Program-made: the position numbers and the translations under genes
NCBI GenBank assembly: GCA_977016875.1
Contig: CDRNST010000257.1
Location: 496,001-560,000 of the forward strand
Reading direction: 5' to 3'
Length of the DNA: 64,000 nt
Origin: Pavona decussata
Taxonomy: Eukaryota
Notes under the pieces: model-generated
What the model was told of the DNA's origin: nothing
Databases searched by the model: none
The model's input: only the letters and a program-made list of their open reading frames with translations
Shown here: one piece after another, positions 25,531 through 37,580 of the stretch
How the letters are laid out: the number at the start of each line of letters is the position of its first letter
Position numbering within the stretch: the first letter of the stretch is position 1

Positions 25531-26679
25531 CCTCACCATCTGAGAGGTTAACGTTATATTAAACCGTCATACCTTTTCTACGCTATACGACGTCGGCAGT
25601 CAACTGGTCAATTTGATTTAGTTTCGTCACTTAACTCAACCGTCACCTCCTGTCAACTGTCAACCATCTCTGCCGCATTCAGATACTGTAGGAGGTAAAA
25701 TCAACCTTTCAATCTGCTTTTAGCCACACTCATCATTGCATGTTACCTTTACTGAACCTTTCAATAACCTTTAGCCACACTCCGCAGTTACGACCTACGG
25801 CTCCTACAGCAAGAACCCCATGTCATTAACCCGCTCTGCACATTCAGGAGTTTGTAAAAGTACCAAGAATCATCACCCACCACTTAGCCGCGCGCTGCAC
25901 GCTCTTTTTGAACAAAACATATCACGTGGTACAATATCAGACGATATACCCCGTACGATTTATTGGCGAGAACAAAGTAAAGGAAGAACGGCAAATTTGC
26001 AAATCTTTTAGTCGCAATATAAAGTAATCAGCATTTTTGCTTGCTGGCCTTATTTTGTCCTTCGAATGTTTAGTTTTATCAACTGGCCACCATGAACAGA
26101 TTGAAGTGTTGACGTTTCAGACAATTTACCTAATTAATTCAGTTGATATGACCAAACATTCGTTTCCACCCCTCCATCGACGTAGCAGCGCAGTTTCTTT
26201 AGAAACTAACCCCCCCCCCTCCCCAGCTAGTCTTTTTGTTATTTAGTCTTAATTTTTCCCGTTTTATAAATTAATCAGAAGGCAATAGAGCTGCATCTAC
26301 CTCTTTCGGGGTTGCTGGTTTATAAAATGATAAGGCTCCTGTTTCTGAAAAAAATATCCTTAAAATTTTACAGTTCCTTGTTCGGTGAAAGGTTATTAAT
26401 TTAGGTAATTGAGAGTAAGTAAGGAATGGACTCGAGTAATGAGATTGGCTATTAACGGTATTACCGTCGCAAAACTTGAATGCTCCTCAGCCTAGTACGC
26501 GCATTTTAGAACACAGTAACCTCAATCTCTTATACAACATATTTTTTGTTAACAAGTCACTGAGTGGCATTTGAGGCCTGGGATCCATTTCTCAAACGTC
26601 CAGGGCCCATATTCATTTAGCCCAGGAGTTAAGATGTATCCTAAGTACTGTTTATTAACGGTAGACTGTTATTGTCAAC

Positions 26680-27955
26680 TACGAGAGCAGCGGCAGCCGC
26701 TGTTTATCGCCTTTATTAACCTCACGAAGGCCTTCGATCTTGTGAGTCATGACGTCTTGTTCCGGATCCTAGCCAAGATCGGATTCCCGCCCAAGCTCCT
26801 CAGTGTGATTCAGTCGTTCCACATTGACATGAAGGGTGTTATGCAGTTTGACGACAGCTCTTTAGAGGCCTTCAGCATTCTCAGCGGCGTAAAGTAGGGG
26901 CGTGTGATCGCCCCGACCCTGTTTGGCATTTCTTTTGCTGTCATGTTTAAGCATGCCTTTGGCCCATCCACAGAGGACGTCTATCTCTATATCAGATCGG
27001 ATGGGAAGTTGTTCAACCTCTCCGGGCTAAGCTAAGACCAAAGTTTGTGAGACAACCATCAGGGATATGCTCTTTGCAGAAGAGGCAGCCTTAGTCACTC
27101 ACACCGAGCAGCAGCTACAGAGCATCATGGACAGCTTCTCACCTGCCAGCCGGGACTTAAGCATGACCATCAGCATAAAAAAGACTAACATGTGCCAAGG
27201 AGTCAAGCATCCGCCGGAAATCACAGTCAGTAACAAAAAGTTGGAGGTTGTAAACGAATTCACATATCTGGGCTCAACAGTGTCAGTCGATCTCGCTCTG
27301 GATACTGAGACCGACAGGCACATCGGGCGAGCAGCCTCTCCCTTTGCCAGTTTGCTCAAATGAGTCTGGGAAAACGGCAAGCTGACCATCCATATGAAGG
27401 TGGCCGTATACAGAGCGTCCTCGGCACCCTCCTCTATGGCAGCGAGTCTTGGACTCCTTACTCCAGACAGGAAAAGAGACTGAACGCATTCCATCTGCGA
27501 AATCTATGGCACATCATCGGCATCAAGTGGTCTTACCGCGTGACAAACACCGAGGTCCTCGCCCAAACTGGAATCCAGAACCTCTACACCCCAGCTTCTC
27601 CAACAGCGCAGCCTCCGCTGGCTTGAACTTGTTCACGGCATGGCAGATAGAAGGATCCCAAAGGACCCGCTCTATAGTGAACCCGCCACATGTAAGAGAG
27701 CTTGTGGATGCCCACATCTACGTTTCAGGGACGTCTGCAAAGGATACCTGAAGTCAACGGACATTGACATCGAAAGTTGGGAGGAGCTGGCCTCTGACCG
27801 GGTCAGGTGGATACAAGAGTTACGCAAGGATCTCGACAGATTGGAGGCTAAGGAAAGGCGGGCAGCTGAAGACAAAATGGTCTCGGGGAAAGAACAGCCA
27901 GATGGCAGCCCACCAGGACACTCCCTTCAGGTGCAACCTGTGCGAAAGAGATGAA
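26680..27955 (+). mobile_element. RTE-clade LINE, 5'-truncated and degenerate
   Basis: REQRQPLFIAFINLTKAFDLVS..GFPPKLLSVIQSFH..SGVK*G..MLFAEEAAL..EFTYLGS..TLLYGSESW..RIPKDPLYSE..LRFRDVCK, with stops and frameshifts. Confidence 0.92.
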
Positions 27956-29736
27956 GATCTCACCAATGATGATAACAGGGTCATAACAGACCACAACAAA
28001 TAAGGAATTGAAAGAGAAGTACCGCTCTTTTCTTTCCTTTCTCTTATCAGTATGGAGTGGCCTCGGCCATAAGATGTGCTATCAAGTCTCAAATCACATG
28101 ATGACAAAGATCAGGAAAATTCAGTACAAAAACTGACTGCTGCTACCAATCCAACCAATCCAGCCTGATTAATAAAAATTTACTCGCTTTCAAAAGGCGT
28201 TTATTTTAATAAACAAGAAATTCTACTATAGAAGGGATGGAACCTCCCTCATTTTAAAGAACACATGGCTACATGCAGGCTAAAATTCCGAAATAAATCA
28301 GAATTGGAGGAATTTACGGAACTATTGACTCAGACAATAAGACGAAACAAGCTCTTGTGTTGACAGTATCGGATTACTTTGATCATCATTGGATACAACT
28401 CATGTCGCATCTAGATGTTTCTTGAACGGAAAGTCAAGTAAATTTCCATATCAAGGTTCATAAGAAAAAAAAATCAGTTTCAAGGGAAACGAAAGGCGCA
28501 GAGAAGACAGTAAACAATAGACCTTTATCACACTGCGGCCATGTTGAATCTCAGGAGAATAAAAAGCCGAATCCTACCCACAAACGTTTAATACCAATTT
28601 AACCACAACTGCTCTTTCTGCAGCGGCTCCTCAGAAAACCAAGCCCATGCACCTATTTTGGCTCTGTCCAAAGGTTTCTCTTTCTTGGGATAATTTGGTT
28701 GAAAGGCTAGAGCGGTTCAAGTAAATACCAAGAAACTATTCAAAGAATGTGGCTATTTTATTGGGTCTGTCCGAGAATCTCTCTCCGTGCTGGTTCTCAA
28801 TCAAGCTGAGGACTGTATCTGTCGTTTTATAAATTCGTTTATTCCGTCAAACACTTCTTTACACTCGCAATTCTATTCCATTCTGAGGCTTAACCTCTTA
28901 CAACAATGTCTTATAGATAGGGAAATACAAAAATGTGCGGTTACAAACTCTAATTGCTGCGGTTACAAAACTTTCGCTGTTTACAGTCGTTCTTTGTTTT
29001 ACAATTCAAAGTACGTGATATACCCTAGACGTACATCTGTCATGCGCAATTCGTGACGTTACAGCGAATAAAAAACATTGCGTGTTATGATACTAAAATA
29101 AACTATTATAAATCTGACACAGGGTCTGAGGTTCGACAACTCCAGTTCCTCCCTTCAACTGAACTTGTGCTTTCTTTAATCAAGGTACTTCATATGGTGT
29201 TTCAGGGTAAACAAACTTGGTAAGATTCCACTTTTAAAAAGCTTCCTTCTGGTTCTCAAATCACAATTTCACGTTGAATCCTATAAATCTAGAGCAAATC
29301 AAAAGAAATAGCAGCCTCTCTTCCCTTTCCTCAATATTAATTGGCCAACGCTATAAAAAATTGAAGAAAGAAAATTTAGGGTCACATCTTTTTAAGCTTA
29401 CTCCCCACTCCCTAGTACATTGAGGTAGCTTCCCAACTGTCCTTAAACACCTGATGTAAATATATTTTTTTCATCGCTGCCATCAAACTGTGTAAAGAAA
29501 ACGGCTGTAGAAAACTGCTTAGCTTATGATAATGGTTTTTTTCTGTGGTAGTTTTTTCCTGTAAGCGCCTCTCTCGTCTGTATGTGTCGACTTTTTGTAA
29601 TTAATGTTAGTTATGCGTGATGTAGTTGGTACTTGTTGATATTTTTGTAACACTGTTGGTTTTAAAAACAAAAACAAAAAACAGTTGCAAAAAAAAAAAA
29701 AAAAAGAAAGAAAAAAAAAAAAAAGAAAAAAAAAAA

Positions 29737-30170
29737 TGCTCGTAGGTACGCAGCATCTTCCTGAAACTTAATTTGTTTGTATGTTTTTGTATCATCGGCA
29801 AACATGGCAACATGGCTCGTCAGGACCGAGTCGGGCAAGTTATTTACATAAATGAGAAATAACATCGGGCCAAAAATGGAGGCCTGAGGTATTCCGGAGC
29901 TGACAGGCAAACTATCAGAGGTTTCACCCAGCACTGTTACACGTTGGTAGCGACCCATCAAGAGCTAAACCACCACAAGAGGCTGCCTCCAAACCCGAAC
30001 TCGTGAAACTTTTGCAGCAGGCAGCCATGGTTCACCTTATCGAAGGCCTTAGACATATCCATATGGATCATGTCCACCTGTTTTTCGTTGTCTAGTAAGG
30101 AGCCCACGTGGTCCAAAACTTCCATAAGGTTGGAGGTGCATTATTTCCCTCTAATAAATCCATTTTGTCG
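29737..30170 (-). mobile_element. LINE (CR1/L2-clade-like) reverse transcriptase fragment
   Basis: QNGFIRGK*CTSNLMEVLDH..DMSKAFDKVNH..SSGIPQASIFGPMLFLIYVNNLP..MFADDTK, with a stop and a frameshift. Confidence 0.88.
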
Positions 30171-30650
30171 TAAATTTTTGTATTGTTTCAGATATTGTAC
30201 ATTTTATATATCACTGAACTTCTGGTGTTTTGACAGCTTTAGATTCAAATCGTTCTCTTGTTCTAGGCTCAGGGCAGTTCTACTACCTGTAAAATCAAAT
30301 CTAAATGATACTTAGAGACTGTTATTAGCTAACCATTTCTCATTTCATTTCTAACCATCGTTTTATATAAAGAGAGTTTCGTTTTGAACTTATGGCTTTT
30401 CTGGCTTGTATTCATTTGAGAATTTTTCTAGGCTTTTTTATTTATTTATTTTATTTTATTTATTTTTGTCTTTCTGACTTCGCAAAACACTTCAGCTGCA
30501 AAAAAGTAACTTATTAGGAAAATCAAACGTAACTTCAGAAATAGATATACATATCGTATTTCTGCCTCACTCGTTTAAACTCCTTTTTACATTTCCTCAA
30601 CAGCGCAACAGGTTTCTCTTTTCAGTCCAAAAACTAATTTAAAAAATAAG

Positions 30651-30723
30651 CGACCCCGCCAGGACTTGAACCTGGAATCTTCTGATCCGAAGTCAGACGC
30701 CTTGTCCATTAGGCCACGAGACC
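30651..30723 (-). tRNA. tRNA-Arg(TCG)
   Basis: GGTCTCGTGGCCTAATGGACAAGGCGTCTGACTTCGGATCAGAAGATTCCAGGTTCAAGTCCTGGCGGGGTCG; cloverleaf with a downstream oligo-T terminator. Confidence 0.88.
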
Positions 30724-31353
30724 GATTATACAAATCTTACTTGTAGACCAAGCAATGAAATATTAAAGTGTAAAAACTTATTGCCACTTGTCAAAAAGCT
30801 GTCTTCCATATCTAAATGATAACATTAAGCAAAAATCATGATTACTGTATTGTTTCGTCGCTTCGGTGGTAAGACAATTTGGCAGCTTCTTCAAAATAAA
30901 GTGGTTTTGTAATGAACTTGGCTATAACAACACAAAATAATGCTTAAAGTTTATTGTAAAGACACCGGTCCGACATGGCCAGTGTTGTGTCTAAAATATT
31001 TGGTATGAAAAAGGACATCTCAGTGGGGCCTCTGGTGGAAATTGGGATTATATTTCAGGCACTTGTATTTAGAATTTTTAGAAAACCCAGCTTTCCGAAT
31101 AACAAGAATGTGCCAACACTAAATTACCCTACACGGCAATGCTTTTCCGCGACTAATTTAAAAAAACTTTTTTCAAACACTTTGCATTAAGAACTGTTCT
31201 TGTATAATACCCCTGTGAGCCAAAAAATGTGGGATGCGACTAATTATCAGAGGATTCCAAGTTAAAGTCCAATAGCCTGTTTTTGGATTATTCAAGTCCG
31301 AAAACGGCGTTTGCAAATATAAATATAGCAATGAAAACGGAATTCTTAGTAAA

Positions 31354-31427
31354 GGCCCAAGTCCCAATGGATAAGGTGTCGAAAACAAACCATGCAGGGG
31401 ATCGAGATTCGACTCAAGGTGGGATCG
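31354..31427 (+). pseudogene. Decayed tRNA-Arg-like copy
   Basis: GGCCCAAGTCCCAATGGATAAGG...AGGGGATCGAGATTCGACTC..GGGATCG followed by TTTTT. The D-arm and B-box-like part resemble the ACG gene; the anticodon arm is destroyed. Confidence 0.6.
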
Positions 31428-31522
31428 TAGATTTTTGTGATTTTTTCTATATCCTGGCCATGGGTTTATCATTACCAAATAATGAATTAAGGCCCGTTGT
31501 AAAACATCGTATTCTCAGAGAA

Positions 31523-31595
31523 GGCCCTGTGGCCCAATGGATAAGGCATCTGACTACGAATCAGGGGATTCCAGGTTCGAGTCCTGGCGGGGTCG
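31523..31595 (+). tRNA. tRNA-Arg(ACG)
   Basis: GGCCCTGTGGCCCAATGGATAAGGCATCTGACTACGAATCAGGGGATTCCAGGTTCGAGTCCTGGCGGGGTCG followed by a T-run. Confidence 0.92.
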
Positions 31596-32079
31596 TGCAT
31601 TTTTTTTTCTGGTATGGCCAGAAAAAAAAACATTTTACATATCGTTGAATTTTTGGTGCTTTGACAGCTTTAGATTCAAATCGTTCTCTTGTTCTAGGCT
31701 CAGGGCAGTTCTACTGCCTGTAAAATCAAATTTAAATGATACTTAGAGACTGTTATTAGCTAACCATTTCTCATTTCATTTCTAACCATCGTTTTATATA
31801 AAGAGAGTTTCGTTTTGAACTTATGGCTTTTCTGGCTTGTATTCATTTGAGAATTTTTCTAGGCTTTTTTATTTATTTATTTATTTTATTTTATTTATTT
31901 TTGTCTTTCTGACTTCGCAAAACACTTCAGCTGCAAAAAAGTAACTTATTAGGCAAATAAAACGTAACTTCAGATATAGATATCATATTTCTGCCTCACT
32001 TGTTTAAACCCCTTTTAAATTTCCTCAACAATGGAACAGGTTTCTCTTTTCTCCCCAGATACTAATTCAAAAAAATAAG

Positions 32080-32152
32080 CGACCCCGCAAGGACTTGAAC
32101 CTGGAATCTTCTGATCCGAAGTCAGACGCCTTATCCATTAGGCCACGAGGCC
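32080..32152 (-). tRNA. tRNA-Arg(TCG)
   Basis: 73-nt cloverleaf, anticodon TCG, one T-stem mismatch (C50-T64), T-run terminator. Confidence 0.85.
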
Positions 32153-32719
32153 GAGACTCAATGCACTCTATTATACAAATCTTACTTGTAGCCCAAGCAA
32201 TGAAATCTTAAAGTGGAAAAACTTATCGTCACTTGTCAAAAAGCTGTCTTTCATATCTAAATGATAACATTAAGCAAAAATCATGATTATTGTATTGTTT
32301 GGTCGCTTCCGTGGTAAGACAATTTGGCAGCTTCTTCAAAATAAAGTGGTTTTGTAATGAACTTGGCTATACCAACACAAAATAATGCTTAGAGTTTATT
32401 GTAAAGACACCGGTCCGACATGGCCAGTGTTTTGTCTAAAATATTTGGTATGAAAAAGGACATCTCAGTGGGGCCTCTGGTGGAAATTGGGATTATATTT
32501 CAGGCACTTGTATTTAGAATTTTTACTCCGGCAACCCAGCTTTTCAACTAACAAGAATGTGCCAACACTAAATTACCCTACACTGCAATGCCTTTCCGCG
32601 ACTAATTTAAAAACCTTTTCAAACACTTTGCATTGAGAACTGCTCTTGTATAATATCTCCGTGAGCCAAAAAATGTGGGATGCAACTAATTATCAGAGGA
32701 TTCCAAGTTAGAGTCCAAT

Positions 32720-33311
32720 TCTCGGTTTTCAGTGTCACGCCATTGAAAAAAAATCGAAACCATTCCATGACTGAAGTCAAGAAATTGACATGGTATAGAG
32801 GATAAATAAATAAAGCATCTGTCCAAGTGTCAGGTCTGTGCGGCATTCCGTACTCGAGTTATTTAACAAAATGTTCCACATAAATTTATAGAGCTTAGTA
32901 TGGAGACGCCATGTTCGTGTCCCTCTGAGGGGCACGAACATGGCGGCCAGAAATAGGAAAAAACATCTGGAGTTCACTTTTACCAGAAAAAAGGTTTGTT
33001 TGCCCTTGTGAATTTTCGAATGTTTAGATTAATATTTCTCCTCAAATTTAAATTGTTTAGAATGCTGAAAATCACCCGAAGAGTCGTTATTAAGATACGG
33101 AAAAGCTCTGTCACGGCCGTCCTCCTGATGTCACGCACGATGGAAACTCGAAAATTGAAACTGTTCTATTTTCAAAAGGAAGCACGACATCGAGCTAAGA
33201 AATTGTGAAAAGACATATTTTTAGGTAATCTTTCCTTGAATGAAGGTAAAAATTTTGTAGGCCTCCCAGTTTTGAATTCTACAATTTGGTGACGTCACGT
33301 GAAAACCAAGA
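32720..33311. mobile_element. Non-autonomous DNA transposon (MITE) with AT target duplication
   Basis: Ends TCTCGGTTTTCA / TGAAAACCAAGA. The empty site CCAATAGCC is present in the other units, which defines an AT duplication. Confidence 0.8.
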
Positions 33312-33393
33312 ATAGCCTGTTTTTGGATTATTCAAGTCCGAAAACGGCGTTTGCAAATATAAATATATGCAATGAAAACGGAATTCTTAGTGA

Positions 33394-33464
33394 AGACCCA
33401 AGTCCCAATGGATAAGGTGTCGAAAACAAACCAGGGGATCCAGATTCGACTGAAGGTGGGATCG
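33394..33464 (+). pseudogene. Decayed tRNA-Arg-like copy
   Basis: Paralogous position in the next repeat unit. Confidence 0.6.
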
Positions 33465-33559
33465 TAGATTTTTCTGATTTTTTCTATACCCTGGCCATGA
33501 GTTTATCAATACCAAATAATGAATTAAGGCCCGTTGTAAAACATCGAATTCTCAGAGAA

Positions 33560-33632
33560 GGCCCCGTGGCCCAATGGATAAGGCATCTGACTACGAATCA
33601 GGGGATTCCAGGTTCGAGTCCTGGCGGGGTCA
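33560..33632 (+). tRNA. tRNA-Arg(ACG)
   Basis: Intact cloverleaf, anticodon ACG, T-run terminator. Confidence 0.92.
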
Positions 33633-34101
33633 TGTATTTTTTTTTCTGGTATTGCACATTTTACATATCGTTGAATTTCTGGTGCTTTGACAGCTTTAGA
33701 TTCAAATCGTTCTCTTGTTCTAGGCTCAGGGCAGTTCTACTGCCTGTAAAATCAAATCTAAATGATAGTTAGAGACTGTTATTAGCTAACCATTTCTCAT
33801 TTCATTTCTAACCATCGTTTTATATAAAGAGAGTTTCGTTTTGAACTTATGGCTTTTCTGGCTTGTATTCATTTGAGAATTTTTCTAGGCTTTTTTATTT
33901 ATTTATTTTATTTTATTTATTTTTGTCTTTCTGACTTCGCAAAACACTTCAGCTGCAAAAAAGTAACTTATTAGGCAAATCAAACGTAACTTCAGATATA
34001 GATATCATATTTCTGCCTCACTTGTTTAAACCCCTTTTAAATTTCCTCAACAATGGAACAGGTTTCTCTTTTCTCCCCAGATACTAATTCAAAAAAATAA
34101 G

Positions 34102-34174
34102 CGACCCCGCAAGGACTTGAACCTGGAATCTTCTGATCCGAAGTCAGACGCCTTATCCATTAGGCCACGAGGCC
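34102..34174 (-). tRNA. tRNA-Arg(TCG)
   Basis: Same sequence as the 32080-32152 copy. Confidence 0.85.
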
Positions 34175-34823
34175 GAGACTCAATGCACTCTATTATACAA
34201 ATATTACTTGTAGACCAAGCAATGAAATATTAAAGTGTAAAAACTTATCGTCACTTGTCAAAAAGCTGTCTTCCATATCTAAATGATAACATTAAGCAAA
34301 AATCATGATTACTGTATTGTTTCGTCGCTTCGGTGGTAAGACAATTTGGCAGCTTCTTCAAAATAAAGTGGTTTTGTAATGAACTTGGCTATACCAAGAC
34401 AAATAATGCTTAGAGTTTATTGTAAAGACACCGGTCCGACATGGCCAGTGTTTTGTCTAAAATATTTGGTATGAAAAAGGACATCTCAGTGGGGCCTCTG
34501 GTGGAAATTGGGATTATATTTCAGGCACTTGTATTTAGAATTTTTACTCCGGCAACCCAGCTTTTCAACTAACAAGAGTGCGCCAACACTAAATTACCCT
34601 ACACTGCAATGCTTTTCCGCGACTAATTTAAAAAAACTTTTTTCAAACACTTTGCATTAAGAACTGTTCTTGTATAATACCCCTGTGAGCCAAAAAATTT
34701 GGGATGCAACTAATTATCAGAGGATTCCAAGTTAGAGTCCAATAGCCTGTTTTTGGAGTATTCAAGTCCGAAAACGGCGTTTGCAAATATAAATATATGC
34801 AATGAAAACGGAATTCTTAGTGA

Positions 34824-34894
34824 AGTCCCAAGTCCCAATGGATAAGGTGTCGAAAACAAACCAGGGGATCCAGATTCGACTGAAGGTGGGATCG
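34824..34894 (+). pseudogene. Decayed tRNA-Arg-like copy
   Basis: Paralogous position in the next repeat unit. Confidence 0.6.
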
Positions 34895-34989
34895 TAGATT
34901 TTTCTGATTTTTTCTATATCCTGGCCATGGGTTTATCAATACCAAATAATGAAGTAAGGCCCGTTGTAAAACATGGAATTCTCAGTGAA

Positions 34990-35062
34990 GGCCCCGTGGC
35001 CCAATGGATAAGGCATCCGAGTACGAATCAGGGGATTCCAGGTTCGAGTCCTGGCCGGGTCG
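34990..35062 (+). tRNA. tRNA-Arg(ACG), degenerate (likely pseudo)
   Basis: Anticodon ACG retained, but with a C29-A41 anticodon-stem mismatch, G at position 32 and a C6-C67 acceptor mismatch. Confidence 0.65.
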
Positions 35063-35536
35063 CGTATTTTTTTTTCTGGTATTGCACATTTTACATATCG
35101 TTGAATTTCTGGTGCTTTGACAGCTTTAGATTCAAATCGTTCTCTTGTTCTAGGCTCAGGGCAGTTCTACTGCCTGTAAAATCAAATTTAAATGATACTT
35201 AGAGACTGTTATTAGCTAACCATTTCTCATTTCATTTCTAACCATCGTTTTATATAAAAAGAGTTTCGTTTTGAACTTATGGCTTTTCTGGCTTGTATTC
35301 ATTTGAGAATTTTTCTAGGCTTTTTTATTTATTTATTTTATTTCATTTATTTTTGTCTTTCTGACTTCGCAAAACACTTCAGCTGCAAAAAAGTAACTTA
35401 TTAGGCAAATAAAACGTAACTGCAGAAATAGCTATACATATCATATTTCTGCCTCACTTGTTTAAACTCCTTCTTATATTTCCTCAACAGCGGAACAGAC
35501 TTCTCTTTTTATTCCAAACCTTATTAAAAAAATAAG

Positions 35537-35609
35537 CGACCCCGCAAGGACTTGAACCTGGAATCTTCTGATCCGAAGTCAGACGCCTTATCCATTAGGC
35601 CACGAGGCC
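35537..35609 (-). tRNA. tRNA-Arg(TCG)
   Basis: Same sequence as the 32080-32152 copy; T-run terminator. Confidence 0.85.
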
Positions 35610-35779
35610 GAGAGACAACGTTTTCTATTATACAAATCTTACTTGTAGACCAAATGATGAAATGTTTAAGTAGACTGAAAACTTCTCGTCACTTGTTAAA
35701 AAACCTGTCGTCCATATCTAAATCATAACATTAAGCGTATAAGATGTTGTTTCGTAAGTACATGTATCATGATTGGTGT

Positions 35780-36115
35780 AGAGAGGGGGGGGGGGGGGGG
35801 AGGGGGTGTCATGGGCGAAAACCGATGCGAAGTAGGAGTTAAACAGATTGGCTATTTCCCGGGGATTTTCACCTGGGTCAGTGGATGCACTGGCTGATAT
35901 TGGCGTCGAGACTCGATCAGGAATTGTATGCGATTTGGAATTTAATGTGGACCAAAAACGCTTTGGGTTTGTTGTGGTCGGAGTCAATGGAACCAAGAAA
36001 CTTAACTGTTTTGCGCAAGTTCTTTAACTTTTCCCTCAGGTGGCTCGAGGGAGATAGTTTCAGTTTTTGTCTTATAGATTTCTTATTTCTTGATAGAATT
36101 AAGTATGGCACCAGA
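35780..36115 (-). mobile_element. LINE ORF2 fragment (region upstream of the RT core)
   Basis: NPKRFWSTL..EIANLFNSYFASVF, typical pre-RT motifs of CR1/L2-type ORF2. Confidence 0.75.
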
Positions 36116-36772
36116 CATCCAAGGTATGGGATTCCGTCCCTTAAGCCTCTTGGTCTGTGTATAGTCAGAGACCGCTACAAGAAACGTGTCTTTCCATTGA
36201 TGCCAGTCAGTTTATATCGTCATTGGCTATGATCGAAGGGAGGTTAATTTTTGACAGAGCAAGTTATCTATTTAGAAACGTTCCAGCCAGTTAATCGTCT
36301 AATGTATCAGTTCCCAGCCAGCTCTATTCCAGCCTACAGAGCGGGATTTTAGTCGAGCGGCCCCATCAGGTACTCCTGACAAAATAATCTATTCAGAGGT
36401 AGTTTTAGAGCATGGTCCATTCTCTATTGAGCGGAGCTGTTTAAGAATAGAATAACCAGGACAGAGAGTAGCAGTGATCTCAAACTAACGACCCCCCAAA
36501 GTAGCACCCTCCGTACCAACTCAGTCTCGATTGGTTGATTTGGCTTCACGACGAAAGAGGTGATTTCTTGGGGGCAAAAGAGATATTCATATGAATATTA
36601 AATACCAATGAAAAACGTGCACTTAACAATTATTCTACGAGCGCGCGTTGAATGATAGAGCCAACGAGGTGCGTAGCGCCGAGTTGGTTATAATCATCTC
36701 ATATCCAACAACCGTGAGTAGAATAATTGTTTTTAAACAATTAAAATTAAAGAAAAAAACAATCAAGAATTG

Positions 36773-37005
36773 AGAATGATGTATTAATCAGTAAATGACA
36801 CAGGCATACTCGGAAAAAATCCGAGTGCTCCTCAGGAGTCGAACCTAAGACCTTCCGATTCGGATGCTCTACCACTGAGCTACAGGAGACTTGTGGGAGC
36901 TAAGGCCATTAAACGACGTTAGTGTGACAAACATCCTGCATACTGCTAGGATTGCTAGAATCCTTGCTACTATCCTACTAGAATCCCGCATACTGCTAGA
37001 ATTGT
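36773..37005 (-). mobile_element. Second family of tRNA-derived short element, nested in another repeat
   Basis: TSD TCAAGAATTG at 36763-72 and 37006-15; minus-strand GTAGCTCAGTGGTAGAGC..GGTTCGACTCC. Confidence 0.7.
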
Positions 37006-37580
37006 TCAAGAATTGTTGCTAGATATTACTAATTTCACTTTGCAAGAACAACCAGAAGACAATTAAATGGTCGCCATTTCTCGGGTATGGTATTATGGCT
37101 CATATACCATGGCCGCTAAACCAATCAAATCCCTGGAATTGAATTATACAATGATCCAGTTTTTAATAATGCATCTGATTTGTGTGTGGAGAGCATGAGG
37201 CGAAAGTGGACTTGTTCAGATGATTGTAAAATGGGAGCGTGGAGTACGTGCGTGTATTTCATGTAGGATCTTCCTGTGAAAATGAATATTTTTTTCAAAA
37301 ACGCAACGAGCTTCGGTTCCGCAGAACTACCTGAGCTACCATTTTGATTCACGTACTCGTTCTCCGTAACCAACCGAACAGAAGTGACCTTGAATAAGGC
37401 TAAGATAAACTGATCAGGGAATAATGAAACCATGGACTATTGAAACACCATTGGGAAAACACTTAAGTAGATCAGCAAATGAGCAAACAAAACTTCAAAC
37501 TTTGCCTAGAGAAAAAGTGCGCGAACTCGTTTGTCGCAGAAAAGGGAAGCCAAACTGTACTTGAGTAGCAACCATGTATC

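Larger units (their letters stand above)
30192..35736. repeat. Tandem array, ~1.43-kb unit x ~3.5, carrying tRNA-Arg genes
   Basis: TCG genes at 30651, 32080, 34102 and 35537 (spacing 1429, 2022, 1435). Spacers are near-identical; unit 2 is enlarged by a ~590-bp insertion. Confidence 0.95.

Noticed and set aside
26068-26220. Possible second hammerhead-bearing Penelope pLTR fragment
   Set aside because: Only a GAAACGTC remnant on the minus strand; no CUGANGA box.
30070-35202. Recurrent ORFs (..FYISLNFWCFDSFRFKSFSCSRLRAV.., GPVAQWIRHLTTNQGIPGSSPG)
   Set aside because: Translations of tRNA genes and array spacers.
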